DNA of 64,000 nucleotides, taken from positions 1 through 64,000 of the forward strand of contig JAVYWL010000001.1 in assembly GCA_038727135.1 (NCBI GenBank), given 5' to 3'. A program made the translations under genes and the position numbers. This stretch comes from Candidatus Bathyarchaeia archaeon (GTDB taxonomy: Archaea; Thermoproteota; Bathyarchaeia; Bathyarchaeales; Bathycorpusculaceae). Numbering within the stretch: position 1 is the stretch's first letter; every line of letters starts with the position of its first letter. Below, in pieces: positions 59,179-64,000 of this stretch. Under the pieces are notes generated by a model that saw only the letters and a list, made by a program, of their open reading frames with translations, was not told where the DNA came from and ran no database searches.

Positions 59179-62094
59179 ATGGAAATTTTAAGGCGAGTCG
59201 AGGAGAAATGGCAGAAGCGCTGGGAAGAAGCAAAAATCTTTGAGGCAAACCCAGATCCTAAAAAGCCAAAATTCTATATAACAGTGGCCTACCCCTACCC
59301 AAACTCCCCACAACACATTGGTCATGCACGAACCTATACTTTGGCTGACGTTTACGCCAGATACAAGCGGATGCAAGGCTATAACGTGCTCTTGCCGATG
59401 GCTTTCCATTATACTGGCACTCCGGTTTTAGCCATGGCAAGGCGTCTAGCAGAAAACGATGAAGATTTGATAAGCGATTTTGTTGACGTCTACAAAGTTC
59501 CTAGAGAAAAGTTAAGAGAGTTGACGGATCCGCTTGCTATGGCTCGCTACTTCCACGAAGAAATCAAGGAAGGCATGAAAAGGATTGGCTACTCAATAGA
59601 CTGGAGGCGGGAGTTCACAACCATAGACCCCCAATACAACCGCTTCATAGAATGGCAGTTCCACAAACTCCGCGAAAAAGGCTACATAACTCGTGGAAGC
59701 CACCCGGTTGGCTGGTGTCCCAAAGACGGTAACCCTGTTGGACAACACGACACACAAGGCGATGTGGAGCCAGAAATAGGCGAGTTTACACTCATAAAGT
59801 TTAGGCATGGCGAATGGGTTCTTCCAACGGCTACGCTGCGTCCAGAAACGGTCTTCGGCGTTACGAACATTTGGCTTAACCCAAAGGCAAAGTACGTTAA
59901 ATCCATCGTCGACGGCGAAAAATGGATAGTTAGCGAAGAATGTGCTGAAAAGCTAACATATCAAAACCACAAAGTGACTATACTTGAAAGTTTCGAAGGA
60001 AAAATGCTTGTAGGAAAACGGGTTGAAAATCCAGCAACAAACGAGGAAATCTACATTCTGCCCGCGGAATTCGTTGACCCTAAGAATGCGACGGGTGTGG
60101 TAATGTCTGTGCCTGGACATGCACCATACGACTATGTAGCATTAGAAAACATAAAAAGTGAGCCGTGGAAGCTTATGGAATATGGATTGACTGAAGATGC
60201 CGTGAGAGCCATAAACGCCATTTCCATAATCGAAGTTCCTCAGTATTCCGAGATTCCAGCAGCAGATGTTGTAAAAAGGATGGGCATAAAGGAGCAGACA
60301 GACCCCAAACTTGAAGACGCCACAAAAGAAGTCTATAGGCATGAATTCCACAACGGCAAAATGAAAAGCAACGCTGGGAAGTACGCTGGCTTATCTGTGG
60401 CGGAGGCCAAAGAAAAGGTTAAGCAAGACCTAGTAGCTGCTGGAAAAGCCACAACAATGTACGAGCTCCTAAACAGACCAGTGCGTTGCCGCTGCGGAAC
60501 AGAATGCATCGTGAAAATCTTCGAAAACCAGTGGTTTATAGACTATGGAAACCCTGAATGGAAAGCCCTAGCCCACAAATGCCTAGAGAGAATGAGGATA
60601 CTGCCGGAAGAGCTCCGCACAGAATACAAGTACGTGATAGACTGGCTACACGAAAAAGCTTGCGCAAGAAAATCGGGCTTGGGAACACGACTGCCATGGG
60701 ACCCTGAATGGATCATAGAGTCCCTATCAGACTCAACAATATACATGGCGTACTACACTATAGTTCGCCACATAAAAGAGCATAAAATCCAGCCAGATCA
60801 GCTAACGGATAAAGTTTTTGACTACGTTTTCCTCGGAATTGGAAACGCGGAAGAAGTGGCGGATGAAACTGGAATAAACGCCAAAGTCCTAGAAGAGATG
60901 AGGCAAGAGTTCCTTTACTTTTATCCCCTAGACAGCAGGCATTCAGCCCACGAACTTATTCCAAACCATTTAACATTCATGATATTCAACCACACAGCCA
61001 TATTCCCAGAAAACCTTTGGCCGCGGCAAATAGTGACAAACGGGCTTGTCACCATGGAAGGAGCTAAAATGAGCAAATCCTTCGGCAACATAATACCGCT
61101 ACGAGAAGGACTGGCGGCCTACGGCGCGGACCCAATAAGGCTAAGCGTGTTAGCAACGGCAGAACTTTTACAAGATGCAGATTTCAGCCCATCCGTTGCA
61201 AAGGCGATGCGAGACAGGCTGGAGCGGCTTTACAAGCTTGTTATTGAAATGGCCGAAACAGGAACATGTCAAAAAAGTCATCCTTCAAACGAGGAGCTGA
61301 CAGCTATTGATAGATGGATGTTGAGCCGACTGCAAGAACACATCAAAAAAGTAACGGATGCCATGGAAAAACTAGCTGTGCGTAAAGCAATCCACACAAT
61401 TTTATTTGAACTGGACCAAGACCTACAATGGTACCAGAAACGGGTTAAAACAACACCAAAAGCCGCCGTGGCCTACGTAATGAACGAAGCGTTGAAAACT
61501 CAAATACTGATGCTCGCTCCCTTCGCGCCCCACATCTGCGAAGAGCTTTGGGAGAAAATGGGCGAAAAGGGATTCGCTTCCTTGGCGCCGTGGCCAAAAC
61601 CACATGAGGCAAAAGTTGATGTTAAGGCTGAAGAAAGCGAAACACTCATTGCAGCTCTGCTGGAAGACACAGCACACATCATAAAGGCAACAGGTATGAA
61701 ACCCACAAAAATATTCTATTACACAGCAGCGAAGTGGAAGTGGAAGGCTTACCTAAAGGCCATCAAAAAATCCTTGGAAGGAAAAATTGAACAAGCCAGC
61801 TTAATCAGGGAACTGCTAAAAGATGAAGATTTAAAGGGAAAAGCTAAAGAAGTAGCCGATTTCATAGGCAAAATCATTGAAGAAATCAATAAAATACCAA
61901 AAGAGAGAAAGGAGAGACTAATGCAGGTCGGGTGGATGGATGAAACTGGAATATTGGAGACAGCAAAGGAATTTTTGGAAGCCGAGATAAACGCCAAGAT
62001 TACAATTCAAAGCGAGGAAGAAAAGGAACTCTATGACCCCAAAAACAGGGCGAAACTGGCTAAGCCATGGCGACCTGCGATATACATGGAGTAG
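59179..62094 (+). CDS. leuS: Leucine--tRNA ligase (archaeal type)
   Basis: HIGH, ATLRPET, GVVMSVP, IESLSDSTIY, KMSKS. Confidence 0.96.
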   Translation: MEILRRVEEKWQKRWEEAKIFEANPDPKKPKFYITVAYPYPNSPQHIGHARTYTLADVYARYKRMQGYNVLLPMAFHYTGTPVLAMARRLAENDEDLISDFVDVYKVPREKLRELTDPLAMARYFHEEIKEGMKRIGYSIDWRREFTTIDPQYNRFIEWQFHKLREKGYITRGSHPVGWCPKDGNPVGQHDTQGDVEPEIGEFTLIKFRHGEWVLPTATLRPETVFGVTNIWLNPKAKYVKSIVDGEKWIVSEECAEKLTYQNHKVTILESFEGKMLVGKRVENPATNEEIYILPAEFVDPKNATGVVMSVPGHAPYDYVALENIKSEPWKLMEYGLTEDAVRAINAISIIEVPQYSEIPAADVVKRMGIKEQTDPKLEDATKEVYRHEFHNGKMKSNAGKYAGLSVAEAKEKVKQDLVAAGKATTMYELLNRPVRCRCGTECIVKIFENQWFIDYGNPEWKALAHKCLERMRILPEELRTEYKYVIDWLHEKACARKSGLGTRLPWDPEWIIESLSDSTIYMAYYTIVRHIKEHKIQPDQLTDKVFDYVFLGIGNAEEVADETGINAKVLEEMRQEFLYFYPLDSRHSAHELIPNHLTFMIFNHTAIFPENLWPRQIVTNGLVTMEGAKMSKSFGNIIPLREGLAAYGADPIRLSVLATAELLQDADFSPSVAKAMRDRLERLYKLVIEMAETGTCQKSHPSNEELTAIDRWMLSRLQEHIKKVTDAMEKLAVRKAIHTILFELDQDLQWYQKRVKTTPKAAVAYVMNEALKTQILMLAPFAPHICEELWEKMGEKGFASLAPWPKPHEAKVDVKAEESETLIAALLEDTAHIIKATGMKPTKIFYYTAAKWKWKAYLKAIKKSLEGKIEQASLIRELLKDEDLKGKAKEVADFIGKIIEEINKIPKERKERLMQVGWMDETGILETAKEFLEAEINAKITIQSEEEKELYDPKNRAKLAKPWRPAIYME

Positions 62095-62096
62095 CG

Positions 62097-62477
62097 TTAC
62101 AGGAAGCTTTTCAAGATATTTAGAGTTCTTGGATTAACGCGAATATGATAATTTTTTCTCCCACCACTTGTGGTTGTAACGTAAAAGTCTTTGTCTTCCG
62201 GAGTTTAGAGCCGTAAAGAAGGGCTAAAACGGTTCTGCCGATATTTACGGACGTCACCTTCTCGCTTTTTAACTTCTCCTCAATAGCTTCCTACAACATC
62301 CTCAAATTAATCGTGTAGATAACTTCCGATCCTTCCCTACCAGCCCTCGCATAATGCATCTCCATATCTATCAGAAGATGTTTAACTATATCGTAATAGA
62401 GGGACTACGATATTTGATTAGGAACTACGTAATTTACAAGGAAAGATAGGAATGTCACCTATCCTATTCTCAGACAA
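62097..62477 (-). pseudogene. Decayed hypothetical gene
   Basis: Protein-like reading of ~125 codons broken by two TAG stops and two frameshifts. Confidence 0.5.
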
Positions 62478-62605
62478 GCTGCCTACCTTTCTAATAATAT
62501 GGGGAAAGCCTCATCTTTAAAGTTTTAAGTAAATTTTTCTGTTAAAGCACATAGGCTGTAGATAAAACTATATCTCTAACATTTTTATCTATGAAAATCA
62601 GCGGA

Positions 62606-62706
62606 GGGTCCGTGGCGCAGCTTGGACAAGGCGTAATGCTTAATCCAAAGAGCGCGTCGGCCTTCTAAGCCGGAGATCCCGGGTTCAAATCCCGGCGGAC
62701 CCGCCA
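62606..62706 (+). tRNA. tRNA-Arg(TCT) with a ~23-nt D-loop intron; CCA encoded
   Basis: GGGTCCG/CGGACCC stem, TCGGC-CTTCTAA-GCCGG anticodon arm, insert ~62628-62650. Confidence 0.92.
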
Positions 62707-62768
62707 TTTTATGGAAACTTTATTTAAACTGCTTGTTAAAAGCTAAATCGTGTGCAAGGGCGGTGTGT

Positions 62769-64000
62769 ATGAGGGTTATGTTTTGGTTGTTGGATGTGAA
62801 TTATGAGGTTAGGGATCACGAGCCTGAGGTGTGGCTTTGGGGCATAGACTCTTCTGGGAATAGAGTTTTGGTGGTTGATAGAGGTTTCCTTTCGTATTTT
62901 TATGCTGTTGTTGAGGAGGGCTTTGATCCTGCAAAGGTTGCTGGAAAGATTGAGGCTAGAAAGACGGAGTTTCCGTTTGTTGTTAGGGTTGAGGCTGTTG
63001 ATAGGAAGTTTTTCGGTAAGCCCGTTAAAGCCTTGAAGGTTTATTGTCGTGACCCGGACGCCATGGCGAAGTATGCTAAGGCCTTTAGGAGAATTGAGGG
63101 CATTAAAGAGTGCTTTGAAGATGATATTCGCTATTCGATGCGTTATTTAATTGATAATGGTGTTGTGCCATGTGGCTGGCATGAGGTTGAGGTTGCTGAA
63201 GAATTGAAAAATGTGGATTTGCAAGTAGACCACGTTTATGTTGCTGCGTCTCCGCCGAAATTTGTTGAAAGGGCAGAGGTGCCAAAACTGAGAGTTTTAG
63301 GTTTTTCGATGATTTGTTATAGCCGCGAAGGGGCGCCGAAACCTGACAGGAATCCCGTTGTCATAATTTCGGTGGCAACTAATAGCGGTGAAGAGAGGCA
63401 GTTTGTCGCTGGCGAGGATAGGGATGATAAGCCTGTTCTAGAGGCCTTCATAGATTATGTGCGAAAGTTTGACCCTGATATTGTTGTTGGTTATGGTGTG
63501 AATAGGCAGGATTGGGCTTACCTTAATGAGCGTTGTAAGAGGCTTGGCTTGCGTTTGTCCATTGATAGGGCTAAAACCGAACCGCATACAAGTGTTTATG
63601 GACATGTTTCAATTACTGGAAGGGCTAACATCGATATTTTCGATTTTGCGGACGAGTTTCCAGATGTTAAGGTTAAGGCTTTGGAGAATTTGGCGGATTA
63701 TTTGGGCGTTATGAAAATTGAAGAGCGTGTTTTGGTGGAGGATGTTGATTTTGCCGATTACTGGGATGATAAGGCGAAACGTGAAATCCTCAGGAGGTTT
63801 TCGCTAGAAAATACCCGCTGTATTATGGGCATAGCTAACGCCATTCTGGACTTTGCCATGCAGCTTTCAAGCCTTGTCGGTTTGCCCCTTGACCACGTTG
63901 GAACAGCCGCTGTGGGCTTTAGGGTTGAGTGGTTCCTAATTAAGCACGCCCACAGAATCGGCGAGCTTGTGCCAAAAAGGGTTGAGCAGCCCTATAGACC
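62769..64000 (+). CDS. polB: Family B DNA polymerase (PolB3-type), 5' part
   Basis: FWLLDVNYEV, DIRYSMRYLID, FDPDIVVGY, GHVSITGRANID; runs off the window. Confidence 0.9.
   Translation, partial: MRVMFWLLDVNYEVRDHEPEVWLWGIDSSGNRVLVVDRGFLSYFYAVVEEGFDPAKVAGKIEARKTEFPFVVRVEAVDRKFFGKPVKALKVYCRDPDAMAKYAKAFRRIEGIKECFEDDIRYSMRYLIDNGVVPCGWHEVEVAEELKNVDLQVDHVYVAASPPKFVERAEVPKLRVLGFSMICYSREGAPKPDRNPVVIISVATNSGEERQFVAGEDRDDKPVLEAFIDYVRKFDPDIVVGYGVNRQDWAYLNERCKRLGLRLSIDRAKTEPHTSVYGHVSITGRANIDIFDFADEFPDVKVKALENLADYLGVMKIEERVLVEDVDFADYWDDKAKREILRRFSLENTRCIMGIANAILDFAMQLSSLVGLPLDHVGTAAVGFRVEWFLIKHAHRIGELVPKRVEQPYR

Overview
Archaeal chromosomal window. Gene content, a crenarchaeal-type PolB3 and a D-loop tRNA intron suggest Bathyarchaeia/TACK (inference). 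From left to right: the start of a Nuo/group-4-hydrogenase-like operon, in which the first two genes have ACG where ATG is expected; a ~4.4-kb tyrosine-integrase element beside tRNA-Asn; a GDGT-ring-synthase-like radical SAM gene with two PadR regulators; porCDAB; a frameshifted ArsB/NhaD transporter; a stand-alone nurA-herA pair; aor; and a SipW operon with four TasA/bundling-pilin-like genes. Next comes a ~34-kb redox cluster with two mvh-hdr modules, three divergent HdrA, sudAB/nfn, trxB and hdrD-like genes, plus unusual RHH-GcvH and MvhD-HTH fusions. Inside that cluster is a 2.5-kb island (47.7-50.2 kb) holding two apparent cas1 3' remnants and single genes bracketed by a recurring GGGTTTGGGGATTAAATTTTTA motif, possibly a Cas1/casposon-type gene-cassette array. 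The window ends with leuS, an intron-containing tRNA-Arg and a PolB3 whose proofreading motifs are degenerate. All family assignments come from motif recognition by eye; no searches were run.
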